From: a virus
Lineage: Duplodnaviria > Heunggongvirae > Uroviricota > Caudoviricetes
IMG/VR virus record: IMGVR_UViG_3300033146_005641
Location: 1 to 55,351 of that record
Direction: 5' to 3' (one strand)
Length of the DNA stretch: 55,351 nucleotides
Below the pieces are notes generated by a model. It did not search any database, had not been told where the DNA came from, and was given only the letters and a program-made list of their open reading frames with translations. This document shows, in pieces, positions 44,587 through 54,214 of the stretch. The stretch's first letter is position 1. Each line of letters begins with the position of its first letter. Both the position numbers and the translations under genes were made by a program.

Positions 44587-47500
44587 TTATATTATATAAT
44601 TAACTCTTACCCAGTCACCGCCTACGAAAGAATTGACGAAAGTAATAGTGGTGTCTGTACCGTCATCTGAAATAGAATAGTCTGTTGTAATTCTTTTTAG
44701 AGTACCGTTTACAAACACATCCATAATTTTATCATCATTTAAAACTTTACCAGATATTACAACTGTAGCATCTAAAGCGGCGGGATCAAAATCTTCTTTA
44801 TTAATTGTAAAATGGATTGAGGAGTCACTAGTATGATTATCAATATGACTATCTACTTCATTAATTGCATTAACGGTGTTATCTTGAACATCTGTAGTTA
44901 AATTAGATAGTGTACCTATATTAGTAGCGTTAGTATCTGAATGACTATCTACTTCATTAATAGCTGAAACCAGATCTGTTTGAACATCTGTAGTTAAACT
45001 AGATAGTGTACCTTCTACACCTGTCGCTCTATTCACCTCATTATCTATATTAGTTTGAAGAGTAGAATCTGATGAATCAACATATGTAATTAAAGCATAG
45101 TCATCTATATTATATTGTTCAGTAGTATAAATTCTGAAATCTTTAGTTCCCGGATTACCGGAACCATCATCATCAAAATATTTTCTAACGATAGGGTCTA
45201 ATCCATAATTAAGAGCTTCCGTAGAATATAGTACAGTCTGAACATCTTTATCACCTACTTGTACATCATTATTTCTATAAAAATTGCCTGTACTTGTAGT
45301 AGTTCTCTTAATTAAATTAACCGTCTCTGTTAAATCTGACGCATTTTCTTTAAGACCTTTAATGGAAAAATCATTGTATACTAATATATCTGAAATAATA
45401 GTTCCTGATAGTTTAATACCCTGATCGTCTTGTGAGATATCTACATATTTTAAATCAGTACCAAAAGGTGGAAGATTTACTGGTTCTTTATTCCACTTAA
45501 TTACATTATTAGTAGTGATAGAACCGTCATTTATAGTAATACCTATATTATCTACAAAAGAATAATCCGCTTTTAAATCTAAAGCTATCTGTGTTAGGTT
45601 ATTGATTGGTTTATCTAAATCAGCAGTATTATCACAACTACCTAGTCCTACGTCAGATTTCGTTACATTATGAGGATTACCTACTATTTGAGATATATGA
45701 TTATCGACATGACTATCTACTTCATTAATTGCATTAACGATATTATCTTGAGCATCTGTAGTTAAATTAGATAGTGTACCTATATTAGTAGTATGATTAT
45801 CGACATGACTATCTACTTCATTAATTGCATTAACGATATTATCTCTAACATCAGTAGTTAAACTACTTAATGTTCCTACGTTAGTTTCATTTTGTAACGC
45901 TAAATCTCTAGTATCGTAATAATTTTGATAAGTAAATCCCTCATCAGTATGAATCATATAGTCAGCTTCTGCACCTGAAGATCCTTTTCTAACTATAGGA
46001 TTTAAAGTACTATTTTCGGCTCTTATAAAGGATTTTATTCCGAAATCGCCAATTTCTAAATCATTATTAGAGTTTAATTTAACTAAATTTTTAACATCAT
46101 TATAAAATGAATTATTAGAAGAAATGCTTATATCATTATTTAATTTAATATTAGATTTAATATCACTATCTATAGAAACTAAAGATAAAGAATCTCCTAA
46201 TTTTATTTCTGAAATCGATGAAGTCTTACCAAAAGACGTTCCGTCTATAATAGAATATTTTAAAATACTTTCAGTAGAGTCTGTACCTTCAGTTACTAAA
46301 GAAGCATCGGTATTTAAAATAAATTCTCCTACTCTATCGCTTCCACCAATTCTTTCGTTAAGTTTTTGTTGAAGGACACTAGGATTAGTAGTTTCGTCTC
46401 CTGAAATATCTATCATACCTATATCATTAATAGATAAAGAATTAAATTCTAATCCATCTTCTGTATGTTTTACTCTAGGAAAAAGATATTGTGAACCAGT
46501 ATACGTTTCTGGAGTATCGTGAAGATCGTTAAATCTTTTTTCACCTGTTAGGAATATCTCTACATTTAATTCAACACCATCCAACCAAGGTCCTCCTGAC
46601 GCTGAAAGTGGCGTTACTGAAATATTATAATAAGACGGATCTGTTCCTGCTATAGGTGGTGTATTAACTACAAATATCATATAACTATTATCAGTAGAGT
46701 CTCTGAATCCTATTAGATCATCTTTTTGTAATGATTCTATTCCAAAAGCCCTATCGTTTAAATATCTATCTAATTTAGAAATATATAAAACACTTATAGA
46801 TGAAAAATCGGAATTATTAGTTCTTGCTTGACTATCATACTGTCCGGCAGGATCAACAGTTTCGCTATCAAAATAATAATCAGCAGATAATATAGAATTT
46901 CCAGCAGATGGTTCAAAAATTAACCCATCTTCATTGTCATTAACTGTTACTCTCATACCTTTATAGCCTAGATAAGGTTTTAAAGTATCTTGCGAAACAG
47001 GGGTATCTTCTAAGGTTACGAATTTAGTTTTATGTGGATTAGATCCATCTTGTAGAGAAATATGTGCTTGAATGGCTGAATCATAAGGTTCATATTCTAT
47101 TTCGGAACCGTTTCCTGGATTATGTGAGTGACCTATATTAGATTTTAAATCTAAACCTGTCTGTAGTGTTTGTTGATTAACCGCATCTAGAGGATTTTCA
47201 GGATCTTTAACATTTCTTACTAAATGATTATTAACATCAATATCGCCAAACATAGAAGTAGTTCCGTCTCTTCTTAAATAGGCGTCGGGATTTACATTTC
47301 CCGGTACTACCATCCATCCTGAAGTAGAATAAGTTAATTGATCATTATTAAAAACCGTTTCTGATTGTAGTTCACCTGTTTGATATGTGTAACCATTATT
47401 TACATCTACATTAATAACTAAGAAAAAATCTCCAGTAACTAATCCCGAAACTTCTGGATATTCATTGCCTATTTCAGGTGTAAATTGTCCTTTTAAAGTA

Positions 47501-47901
47501 AATGAAGTAGATTCTATTAATGTATTATCTATTAAACCGTTAGAATTAGTTTTAACAGGTTGACCTGATATGCCTGTTTTATGATCTATAAAATCAGTTT
47601 TAAGATATCTACTATTCAGTTCAGAGTCTAAATTATTAACATCGTCAATTGAATGAGAGTGATTAATATCTGACTTAAATGCTAGAGCATCTTTAAGATC
47701 TATTTGATTATCTAAAAATCCTTGAATATCCCCCCATTCTACAGAGTTTTCTCCTAAAGTAGTCCAATTTACTACATCACCATCAAATTTTACATATCCA
47801 AATTCATCAGTATCTGTAGCGTATACTAATTCACCTTCAACAGGCGGTGTAGCTACCAATTCTGCTTTAAAGCCTCTTCTTAATACTATTCCTGTTGCCA
47901 T
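44587..47901 (-). CDS. Long tail fibre protein
   Basis: 1104 aa; HSH motifs, NPHNVTKSDVGLG, repeated GTLSxLTTD..DN.VNAINEVDSH. Confidence 0.8.
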   Translation of the reverse strand: MATGIVLRRGFKAELVATPPVEGELVYATDTDEFGYVKFDGDVVNWTTLGENSVEWGDIQGFLDNQIDLKDALAFKSDINHSHSIDDVNNLDSELNSRYLKTDFIDHKTGISGQPVKTNSNGLIDNTLIESTSFTLKGQFTPEIGNEYPEVSGLVTGDFFLVINVDVNNGYTYQTGELQSETVFNNDQLTYSTSGWMVVPGNVNPDAYLRRDGTTSMFGDIDVNNHLVRNVKDPENPLDAVNQQTLQTGLDLKSNIGHSHNPGNGSEIEYEPYDSAIQAHISLQDGSNPHKTKFVTLEDTPVSQDTLKPYLGYKGMRVTVNDNEDGLIFEPSAGNSILSADYYFDSETVDPAGQYDSQARTNNSDFSSISVLYISKLDRYLNDRAFGIESLQKDDLIGFRDSTDNSYMIFVVNTPPIAGTDPSYYNISVTPLSASGGPWLDGVELNVEIFLTGEKRFNDLHDTPETYTGSQYLFPRVKHTEDGLEFNSLSINDIGMIDISGDETTNPSVLQQKLNERIGGSDRVGEFILNTDASLVTEGTDSTESILKYSIIDGTSFGKTSSISEIKLGDSLSLVSIDSDIKSNIKLNNDISISSNNSFYNDVKNLVKLNSNNDLEIGDFGIKSFIRAENSTLNPIVRKGSSGAEADYMIHTDEGFTYQNYYDTRDLALQNETNVGTLSSLTTDVRDNIVNAINEVDSHVDNHTTNIGTLSNLTTDAQDNIVNAINEVDSHVDNHISQIVGNPHNVTKSDVGLGSCDNTADLDKPINNLTQIALDLKADYSFVDNIGITINDGSITTNNVIKWNKEPVNLPPFGTDLKYVDISQDDQGIKLSGTIISDILVYNDFSIKGLKENASDLTETVNLIKRTTTSTGNFYRNNDVQVGDKDVQTVLYSTEALNYGLDPIVRKYFDDDGSGNPGTKDFRIYTTEQYNIDDYALITYVDSSDSTLQTNIDNEVNRATGVEGTLSSLTTDVQTDLVSAINEVDSHSDTNATNIGTLSNLTTDVQDNTVNAINEVDSHIDNHTSDSSIHFTINKEDFDPAALDATVVISGKVLNDDKIMDVFVNGTLKRITTDYSISDDGTDTTITFVNSFVGGDWVRVNYII

Positions 47902-47916
47902 TATTATTCCTTTCCG

Positions 47917-48492
47917 TTATTCACAATTTGTAGAAGGTTCGTTACCGTCTACATCATCTATATTTCCGTCGACTAAAACATCATCACCATAAATTCTACA
48001 ATCTAAAATGACGCCATCGCCTGTCTCGTTGATATTATAATCTGTATTAAAAGATTCGGCAAATTCTTTAGATACACTCTCACAAATATTAATCATTTCG
48101 TGTTTGTCAAAAAAGCTAAAACTAAAAGACTCGTCAAATCCTCTCTTATATGTTAAGCACTCATCTTCTCTTTCTAAAAAAGATACAAATTTTTTCGATT
48201 CACATTCACACTCTACTAACACACCTCCAAGATGTATTAATAACTCGGAACCAGATAGACATTTATTAGATATTGGGAGTTTTTTAGTTATGAACGTTCT
48301 TCTATAGATGTCCAAATAAACATTTAAATTGTTATATCCTTCTTCAAGTTCTTTACAATTTATTTGTATTAATGAATCAGATATAAAACCCCTTACATCT
48401 ACACCCTTAAAAGATCCTCCAGCAATATATAATTCATTATATTTTAAAGATTTATCTTTATCTATATCTATATTACTAGTTAAAATATACAT
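47917..48492 (-). CDS. Hypothetical protein (structural module)
   Basis: ORF in operon. Confidence 0.7.
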   Translation of the reverse strand: MYILTSNIDIDKDKSLKYNELYIAGGSFKGVDVRGFISDSLIQINCKELEEGYNNLNVYLDIYRRTFITKKLPISNKCLSGSELLIHLGGVLVECECESKKFVSFLEREDECLTYKRGFDESFSFSFFDKHEMINICESVSKEFAESFNTDYNINETGDGVILDCRIYGDDVLVDGNIDDVDGNEPSTNCE

Positions 48493-48494
48493 AA

Positions 48495-49007
48495 TTACTC
48501 TTTAATTATCGTTAGGATTTCTACTTCATCATCTTTATTAAGAGGACTTAATAACGTTACCGATGTACCTGTATTAGTGATAATTTGAGATTTTTTAATT
48601 TTCCTACCGTTTACATAAACCTCTACTAAATCTTCAGAATAATTACAAGCAAAAACATTCTGATTTTTAGAAGCTATATATTCATAGTTTTCACGTTTTT
48701 CGCTTACAGGTGATATATTATTTGATATTTGTGTGAGAAATTTTCTATCTTTAGGTTGATTTATCTGAGAAATATATAAACCATTTTCTTTAGGAGTGGA
48801 TTTATAGATAGAAACTAAAGAACCCTCATAAATCGTAGGATTATCTTGCTCTTCAAATTTTTCTAATGTAGTAAATTTATTAATAATAACCTCTTTATCT
48901 TCGAATATATCATCAATAAATTTTCTTAACGTTTCTGCCGTAATATTACCTACAGTATTATCGGCAAAAAGACGTAAGAGAATATCTTTTTTATTATTGT
49001 TAGTCAT
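48495..49007 (-). CDS. Virion protein, N-terminal paralogue of 53344..54204
   Basis: Shared LF.DN...ITA...DKEV...IYEGSL block; C-terminal VYVNG beta domain. Confidence 0.75.
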   Translation of the reverse strand: MTNNNKKDILLRLFADNTVGNITAETLRKFIDDIFEDKEVIINKFTTLEKFEEQDNPTIYEGSLVSIYKSTPKENGLYISQINQPKDRKFLTQISNNISPVSEKRENYEYIASKNQNVFACNYSEDLVEVYVNGRKIKKSQIITNTGTSVTLLSPLNKDDEVEILTIIKE

Positions 49008-49015
49008 GTTTATTA

Positions 49016-49052
49016 GACCTCTACTTTTTTAATATTTATAAAAAGTAGAGTC
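49016..49052 (-). promoter_or_regulatory. Hairpin with late promoter TATAAATA at the loop and RBS in the 3' arm
   Basis: GACTCTACTTTTT/AAAAAGTAGAGGTC. Confidence 0.6.
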
Positions 49053-49056
49053 CTGG

Positions 49057-49560
49057 TTATTGTGTTGGTGTTATAGGAAGTATAGGAAGTTCATTAACGA
49101 GATCTGTCTTAGTAGAAGGGAAAGTTCTTATGCCTGCTTGTATATCACTAAAAGCCTGAATAGTATACGTCCAACATTCGGTACACCATCGAGCAATATC
49201 GGTACACTCCGCCTGAAAAGGATTAGAGAATCCGGTATAGCTCCTAACGGACTTTATATCATCATATCCAAAAGATAGAGATGTTTCGTCTAAATATTCT
49301 TGAATCCACTTCTTCATTTCTTCTACTTTATTAGAAAAAATTAGAGCATCTTTATCTTCTTTCGTTAAATCAAAATACGATTCAGCTAAATCAAATATTT
49401 TCTCTTCACTAACGTCACTAGAACATGTTATAACTAAATATCCGTTATTTATAGCCATATCATAAATTAAATCTATATTTTTAAAGAAAACAGTATATTT
49501 TAATTCCAATAAATCAAAGCCGTTATCATATATTTTTATATTTTTTGTTTGTAAAATCAT
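49057..49560 (-). CDS. Tail fibre assembly-like protein
   Basis: IQ.YLD....GYD.I.S..SY....FQAE.....W...W...ELP motif. Confidence 0.65.
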   Translation of the reverse strand: MILQTKNIKIYDNGFDLLELKYTVFFKNIDLIYDMAINNGYLVITCSSDVSEEKIFDLAESYFDLTKEDKDALIFSNKVEEMKKWIQEYLDETSLSFGYDDIKSVRSYTGFSNPFQAECTDIARWCTECWTYTIQAFSDIQAGIRTFPSTKTDLVNELPILPITPTQ

Positions 49561-49569
49561 TTAAACTTC

Positions 49570-50466
49570 CTATATACTAGTTAAGGTGAGTTTATCTATA
49601 CATAAATCTCCCTGATATCCTGTAGCTCCTACGTATTCAAATCTTATAGCCTCTATCTTTTTTCCTGTGGTATCTATGTTAACGTATTTCCATTCTTCAC
49701 CCTGACTATCAGAGACAATAAAAATCTGCTGCCATGCTCCTTGAATATTTCCTAGGATCTTAAATTGACCCGAATTAGATCCTGATAAATAATAATATAG
49801 TTCAATAGTAGTCAATTCAGCAAAATCTTCAGTTTCTAACAAAAAGTCTGTAGTGTTAGCTCCGCTAGATACTTCAGCATATATAAAATTAGTACCACTG
49901 TATGCGCTTGGAGCTCCCGTGTTAGATGATGGTGTTTTATTATTAATATTCCATAATCCTGGAGTGGTAGAACCAATACTATTCGAAATCGTTGTACTAG
50001 TAAGATATCCAGCGTCAAAATCACTTAAATCATCAAACTCGTAAATTTTAACTCCTGGTAAACCTAATCCTTTACCGATATAATTTAATCTCGTGCCTTT
50101 GAATGTTAGCCATGCTCCTGTTAACTCACTCCAATATCCTGGTTCTCCTAGATCGGTAATATATACTATCTCACCAGGATACGCAGCAACAGCATCTTGA
50201 GCATCTGTAGATAATAATCTTCTCATACCATTTTCTGGTGAAATTTTTCCTGCTAGTATTAAGAAAGAATCTGTAGTAGGAATCTCATTTCCGTAATTAT
50301 CTACTAGTACTATATTACCTGAAGCTAAATTATCAGACAAATCTATAGAATACCTATACTGAACCTCGATATCTTCATCAAAAGATAAATCAGAATTAGC
50401 TAGAACAGTTATTCCTCCCAAATCACCTAATTCTATATCTTCAGAGGTTTTATTTCTTAATAACAT
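49570..50466 (-). CDS. Virion protein with C-terminal MAM-like domain
   Basis: W...TPSSNTG....G..FIY.E.S, YY..G...G, QG..W, GDLCID. Confidence 0.7.
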   Translation of the reverse strand: MLLRNKTSEDIELGDLGGITVLANSDLSFDEDIEVQYRYSIDLSDNLASGNIVLVDNYGNEIPTTDSFLILAGKISPENGMRRLLSTDAQDAVAAYPGEIVYITDLGEPGYWSELTGAWLTFKGTRLNYIGKGLGLPGVKIYEFDDLSDFDAGYLTSTTISNSIGSTTPGLWNINNKTPSSNTGAPSAYSGTNFIYAEVSSGANTTDFLLETEDFAELTTIELYYYLSGSNSGQFKILGNIQGAWQQIFIVSDSQGEEWKYVNIDTTGKKIEAIRFEYVGATGYQGDLCIDKLTLTSI

Positions 50467-50467
50467 A

Positions 50468-51118
50468 TTATAGTCTCCATCTTATTCTCAGCTCTATTAT
50501 AGTGTCTTGTATAGTATGACCACTATTACACTTTAATCTTAATTTTTGCCCTGCATCTACATCTATATTTATGGTATTATCTATCTGTCGATCTTCAGTA
50601 CTAGTACCTGCAAAGGAAAATAGGGTTCCGTTGTTGTTATCATCTATATATAAATCTATAGGTTTAGCAGAAGAGTCTACTTTTGAAGATTGAGCCATAA
50701 CACCGACAATAGTACAATTCATAGAAGCTACCCATCCGGATAACCTATCTACCGCTCTAGACAATCCTATCCACTCTTTTGAACTTAGTTTATTCTCAGA
50801 CCATAGTACGTTTTGAGTCTCTACAGATAAAAATTTATTTCTATCTATGTCTCTAAAAAAATATATAGTTTGTCCGTCTATATTTCTAGATATTTGATGT
50901 ATACCTACATTTTGTAGAGCATTTAGTGTATCTATAGTCTCTCCAAAATCTCCTATAATGCTTAAGTCACCTAAACTTATTAAATTTTTTAATTCGTTGT
51001 TATGTCTCCAAACATTACTTATTCTATGATTAATTAAATAGTCAGAAGAAGCAGGAATTGTGATTCCTTTTAAACTAATAATATGTATATCTGATGCAGT
51101 GTTATTTCTAATTACCAT
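50468..51118 (-). CDS. Putative tail/virion protein
   Basis: N-terminus similar to the 49570 gene, C-terminus similar to the 51123 gene. Confidence 0.7.
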   Translation of the reverse strand: MVIRNNTASDIHIISLKGITIPASSDYLINHRISNVWRHNNELKNLISLGDLSIIGDFGETIDTLNALQNVGIHQISRNIDGQTIYFFRDIDRNKFLSVETQNVLWSENKLSSKEWIGLSRAVDRLSGWVASMNCTIVGVMAQSSKVDSSAKPIDLYIDDNNNGTLFSFAGTSTEDRQIDNTINIDVDAGQKLRLKCNSGHTIQDTIIELRIRWRL

Positions 51119-51122
51119 TTAT

Positions 51123-51860
51123 TTAAATCCTATATCTTAATCTTATTTCTATCATAGTATTATCTATAGATGCTAAGAAACCACTAAAATCACCAGACTT
51201 GATTCTTAGTTTATCACCCTGATTAATATTTATATTTAAATTATTAACTATAATAGTTTCTTCGCCACTATTTCCTACTAGTGTATTATTATATACTGAA
51301 GTTCCTCCAACAAACAAATTAAAAGGAACAGCGTGTCCATTAGCGTCTATCGTATATATTGTGATACCTATAATTGTAGCATTATAGGGTACGATATAAC
51401 CAAAATTACCATTAGAACCATTTCCAAAAGATATCCACTGATTCTTACTTACCGAAGAATCTGTAAAAATGATATGATTTATGTTTGTACTTAATTCTTT
51501 ATTCCTAGTGTCATTAAATACCGTAAAGTTTTCAGTATTAATAATTTTTATATTTACATTTTGAGAGATCCAGCTTCGAACACCTGAAGCGGATGATGAT
51601 AGAATTAATCCGTCGGTAGAAGGATTATTTAGGTAGTTTTCTTTACCGTTTAATGCGGTTTGTAAATCTGATTGATTAGAGAGAATACCATTAATATTAC
51701 CCCATACCGCGTTTTCATCTTTTCCTGAAAAAGAAATTAGGTTTCCGGAGCTATTTGCAGAATATATTATCTTATCTGATAGATTCCATGCTAATTCTCT
51801 TTCGCCTAATCCTGTAGGTACTGCTCCAGATGTTTCAGAGCCTTTAAATTTTATTGCCAT
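51123..51860 (-). CDS. Putative tail fibre/receptor-binding protein
   Basis: MAIKFK...ELA.N..DK.IY N-terminus; WG.I.G.L..Q.DL..AL motif. Confidence 0.7.
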   Translation of the reverse strand: MAIKFKGSETSGAVPTGLGERELAWNLSDKIIYSANSSGNLISFSGKDENAVWGNINGILSNQSDLQTALNGKENYLNNPSTDGLILSSSASGVRSWISQNVNIKIINTENFTVFNDTRNKELSTNINHIIFTDSSVSKNQWISFGNGSNGNFGYIVPYNATIIGITIYTIDANGHAVPFNLFVGGTSVYNNTLVGNSGEETIIVNNLNININQGDKLRIKSGDFSGFLASIDNTMIEIRLRYRI

Positions 51861-51910
51861 ATTTTACCTTATGCTTTCGCTATACACTAAAGTGTTTCGG
51901 TTAATTTTAG

Positions 51911-52240
51911 TTATTTATTATATTTTAATTTGTGATATATTCTCACACCATAATAAAATATTGTAATAATTGTTTTATTGATTCTAATTTCCCGCATAAT
52001 ATCTTTGAAATATTGATCTGCTTTTTGATACTCTTTCATATCAGTTAAATAGTCGTGTATTATTACGGCAGGCATATAATCACTCTTATTAGGAGGAAAT
52101 ATGCTCCAGAATATTCTAGGTATATTAGCGCCGTTAGTCATATATCCCTTAGGTACTATTATATCTTTATATTTTATGTCTTTTAGAATTTTATATCTGT
52201 TATTTCTGAGAGGTTGTATTTGTATATCTGTATATTTCAT
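51911..52240 (-). CDS. DUF1353 family protein
   Basis: VPKGY.T.GA.IPR.FW...A.IIHDYL...AD..F. Confidence 0.8.
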   Translation of the reverse strand: MKYTDIQIQPLRNNRYKILKDIKYKDIIVPKGYMTNGANIPRIFWSIFPPNKSDYMPAVIIHDYLTDMKEYQKADQYFKDIMREIRINKTIITIFYYGVRIYHKLKYNK

Positions 52241-52270
52241 TTTACTCTCCTCTTAGTGACCTACCCGTCA

Positions 52271-53311
52271 CTAGGTGTATAAACCGTAGTCTACATCGAT
52301 AGGCATAAATGATGCGTTAAGTTTATTAACAGACCATGTTTTAGTAGTATTTGCAGCAGTAGCAGTATCATCTACTTCTGTAGCTCCTGTTACTAAAGAT
52401 TCGATTTGTTGACTAGAATATGTAGTTGTAGATGAAATATTAGCATCGTCTATTTTAGCAAACCCCATAGTATTTACATACGTATCAACCCTATTATCTG
52501 TATAATATAAACTAGTAGAACCTTCAACAATATCGTCTGTCGTTAAAACTACTACGCCTTTTTTACCATTAACGCTTTGTACCTCATTACTATTAATAGA
52601 TCTTTCCCATACAGCCGAAACACCATCATAAATTACTGCGTCACCAACGTTAAAAGTTATAGAACCCGAACCTAGGTCTTGAGTTCCTGCTACAGATACG
52701 ATATAATAATCGCCGTTATTACCTGTACCGTCCGCGATAGTCGGTGTATTAGTACTAGCATCCCAATGACCCTTATACTTAACACCCGATGTTACTAGAG
52801 CTTCTATTTTTTGACTAGAATATAGTGTTGTAGAAGAAGACGTAGTATCGTCGATTAGTGTACCTGTTACATATGTATCAACTCTAGCATCCGTATAATA
52901 TAAATTAGTAGAGCCTTCTGTTAAGTCATCTGTAGTCGCTGCAGCTAATTTATTATCAAACATCGACTCACCGCGAGCTACGGTCCAATATAAATTAACC
53001 CCTTCTGTTAGATTAGACGTTGTTTTAGTACTAAAAGAGGTATCGAATCTAGTTTCTGTATAATAAAAATTAGTAGAGCCTTCACTAATATCGTCAGTAG
53101 ATAAAGTTACATTTCCGTTAGTGTCAGGTCCGATAGTATTAACTGACAGTACTGTACCGGCACCACCACCCGCAATTTCAATAACGTTTGTACCATCGCT
53201 TGAAGTATATATTTTTTTATCAAACGTATTTAACGCGATCTCACCTGCTAATAATGAACCGGACGCCGGAGCACCCGATGCGGAAGTTTTCCTTTTAAAC
53301 TGAATAGCCAT
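52271..53311 (-). CDS. Tail fibre-like protein with TDDxxEGSTNxYYT repeats
   Basis: Repeats, YKG.WDA..N.P....G..GDYY.V, VQSVNGK.G.V.L. Confidence 0.75.
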   Translation of the reverse strand: MAIQFKRKTSASGAPASGSLLAGEIALNTFDKKIYTSSDGTNVIEIAGGGAGTVLSVNTIGPDTNGNVTLSTDDISEGSTNFYYTETRFDTSFSTKTTSNLTEGVNLYWTVARGESMFDNKLAAATTDDLTEGSTNLYYTDARVDTYVTGTLIDDTTSSSTTLYSSQKIEALVTSGVKYKGHWDASTNTPTIADGTGNNGDYYIVSVAGTQDLGSGSITFNVGDAVIYDGVSAVWERSINSNEVQSVNGKKGVVVLTTDDIVEGSTSLYYTDNRVDTYVNTMGFAKIDDANISSTTTYSSQQIESLVTGATEVDDTATAANTTKTWSVNKLNASFMPIDVDYGLYT

Positions 53312-53343
53312 TCTAGTTTTCCTTTTTTATTTATTTATAAAGA

Positions 53344-54204
53344 TTATAGATATTCGCCGTAGTCTGCGGTACTAGTCCATGATTTATATTTTCTCCAGTA
53401 TACGTTTCCATCGTCAGGAACATCGGGTAGAAGCACGTTTTCCCAAAATGAAGGAGAGGTATCTGGCTGATTACCTGTATTAGTTTGAAGTGCTTTCCAC
53501 ATAAATCCATTAAAAGATACCAGAGAGTTAGCATTATACATTATACCTGAGGCCCACTCTATAGCTCCAGGTATAGTCGGTTGCCAAAGCTTAGTTCCAT
53601 TGGTATCTAGTGTTAATATATATCCTGCAGAACCGGAAGGTAATTTATCTTCTTTTGTATCATTTAGTAGTTTACCCATACTAGCTGACAGTGCATCTGA
53701 ATCTGAGGACGAGTCTAAACTGTTTATCACACTTATGTTACCCGAACTTACGAGAATCCAGTAAGAACCGTCAAATGCTCCGGCAGGAATAGGAGTATTT
53801 TGAATACATATATATGCGTTATTTTGGTTTGAGGCGATATCTCCTACAAGATAATATTTTAGTTCATCGTATGGTAAACCTCCTCTTTCAAATCCTCCAC
53901 TAAACGCCCCTGTTATTCTAGATACTTGTATTAAATCTGTTGGCAATACGGGTTGATTAACTTTAGATAGATATATTCCTACATTGTTAACATCATCATC
54001 GTTATATATAACTAGAAGAGATCCTTCGTATATATTAGAATTATTAGCCGCCAGATCTGAGAGTTGTTTTATTTTTATAATAACAACCTCTTTATCATTA
54101 AAAATAGCCTCTACATATGTTCTCATGTCTGATGCAGTAATTTCAAAATTGTTATTATCTGGAAATAGTGCTAGTATTTGATCTTTTAAATTATTATTCG
54201 TCAT
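53344..54204 (-). CDS. Virion protein with CBM5/12-like carbohydrate-binding modules
   Basis: Y..GD......Y.C and W.....Y.....V...G..WKA......P.....W. Confidence 0.7.
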   Translation of the reverse strand: MTNNNLKDQILALFPDNNNFEITASDMRTYVEAIFNDKEVVIIKIKQLSDLAANNSNIYEGSLLVIYNDDDVNNVGIYLSKVNQPVLPTDLIQVSRITGAFSGGFERGGLPYDELKYYLVGDIASNQNNAYICIQNTPIPAGAFDGSYWILVSSGNISVINSLDSSSDSDALSASMGKLLNDTKEDKLPSGSAGYILTLDTNGTKLWQPTIPGAIEWASGIMYNANSLVSFNGFMWKALQTNTGNQPDTSPSFWENVLLPDVPDDGNVYWRKYKSWTSTADYGEYL

Positions 54205-54214
54205 TTATCTCTCC

